From the IMG/VR virus record IMGVR_UViG_3300020044_002638, positions 1-36,074 of that record: 36,074 nucleotides of DNA, one strand, 5' to 3'. This document shows positions 35,147-36,074 of this stretch, one piece after another. Positions within the stretch are counted from its first letter, which is position 1. Each line of letters begins with the position of its first letter. Both the position numbers and the translations under genes were made by a program. The notes beneath the pieces were generated by a model. The model saw nothing but the letters and a program-made list of their open reading frames with translations. It searched no databases and was not told the origin of the DNA. Source of the stretch: a virus (Duplodnaviria; Caudoviricetes).

Positions 35147-35780
35147 CCATAAATTGATCTTCCGCGCATCGTCGCTGGCCGACATCATGACCGAGCCCAA
35201 AAGCAAGAGCGACAAGCTCTCTGTCGGGGCCAAGACCGCCATTACCAAGATGGCAAAAGAGGCTGTGTACGGGTACGACGAGCGCATAACCAGCAAGCCA
35301 ATGACCAAGGGCATCCAATGCGAAGACCAGTCAATTGAACTGCTCAATTCAGTGCTGTTTGCCAGCCACGCAAAGAACACTGAACGCAAAACAAACGAAT
35401 GGATAACTGGCGAGTGCGACATCTTCACCGGCTCCAAAATCATTGACATCAAGTCATCTTGGTCGCTTGCCACGTTTCCAGCGCTTGCAGAGGATGGAGA
35501 AAACAAAACCTACACTTGGCAGCTTGCCGCTTATATGTGGCTTTGGGATGTTGATAGCGCGGCCATTGCTTACTGCCTTGTGTCAACGCCAGAGGAATTG
35601 ATCGGATACGAAGACCGCCAGTTGCACATTGTTGACCACATCGCGCCAGAGTTGCGCGTGACATTGGTGCACCAAGAGCGCGACAAGGCAATGGAGGCCA
35701 AGATCATCGAAAAGGTCGAGGCTGGCCGCGAATACTATCGCCAAGTCATTGATCGCATCGCCAACGAACACACTTTCTGA
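35139..35780 (+). CDS. YqaJ / lambda-exonuclease-like nuclease
   Basis: [37 protein letters not shown]; GGAGG RBS. Confidence 0.85.
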   Translation: MLDHKLIFRASSLADIMTEPKSKSDKLSVGAKTAITKMAKEAVYGYDERITSKPMTKGIQCEDQSIELLNSVLFASHAKNTERKTNEWITGECDIFTGSKIIDIKSSWSLATFPALAEDGENKTYTWQLAAYMWLWDVDSAAIAYCLVSTPEELIGYEDRQLHIVDHIAPELRVTLVHQERDKAMEAKIIEKVEAGREYYRQVIDRIANEHTF

Positions 35781-35790
35781 AAGTAAAGCC

Positions 35791-36074
35791 ATGAAACATC
35801 AAATCAAAAGCCGCCACACGGACGAAGTTCTTTTTGAGTGCGAATTGCCGGATGGCACACAGTCAGGACTTGCAACGCGACACGCACTAGAAAAAGCCGT
35901 AAACGCCAGGGCCAACCTCGCCTGGGCCAACCTCGCCGGGGCCAACCTCGCCAGGGCCAACCTCGCCGGGGCCAACCTCGCCGGGGCCAACCTCGACGGG
36001 GCCAACCTCGCCGGGGCCAACCTCGCCGGGGCCAACCTCGCCGGGGCCAACCTCGCCGGGGCCAACCTCGCCGG
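35791..36074 (+). CDS. Pentapeptide-repeat protein, N-terminal part (3' partial)
   Basis: [18 protein letters not shown]...ALEKAVNAR then (ANLAx)n running off the end. Confidence 0.88.
   Translation, partial: MKHQIKSRHTDEVLFECELPDGTQSGLATRHALEKAVNARANLAWANLAGANLARANLAGANLAGANLDGANLAGANLAGANLAGANLAGANLA
35905..36074 (+). repeat. 15-bp tandem repeat GCCAACCTCGCCGGG, about 11 copies
   Basis: Visible tandem array; same unit at 68-126. Confidence 0.95.

Noticed and set aside
35799-36065. Minus-strand ARLAP-repeat ORF
   Set aside because: Antisense shadow of the pentapeptide repeat
35905-36074. Tandem array as a CRISPR array
   Set aside because: 15-bp units with no spacers, in frame in a coding gene, no cas genes

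Overview
The window looks like an essentially complete ~36 kb genome of a long-tailed (siphovirus-type) dsDNA phage with an HK97-fold capsid. Both ends fall inside one 15-bp-repeat pentapeptide gene, so it is probably a circular or permuted genome opened at that repeat. A short + strand early operon (erf, YqaJ-like exonuclease, pentapeptide protein, rdgC, MazG-like) diverges from a long - strand unit. That unit runs HTH regulator, ssb, nin-like genes, helicase-methyltransferase fusion, replication initiator and DnaB-like helicase, a mosaic small-gene region, terminase, an inserted fibre module, head, tail and lysis genes. I saw no integrase, DNA polymerase, tRNA or CRISPR array. A betaproteobacterial host is a tentative inference. 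The least explained signals are non-coding: a two-hairpin element with perfectly complementary 7-nt loops, a C4-like RNA whose loop complements the initiator's ribosome-binding region, a loop-E-type multibranch RNA after ssb, an exact 29-bp gene-junction repeat, twin promoters with a shared spacer, and 11-bp iteron-like repeats. All calls come from manual motif reading; no searches or folding programs were run.
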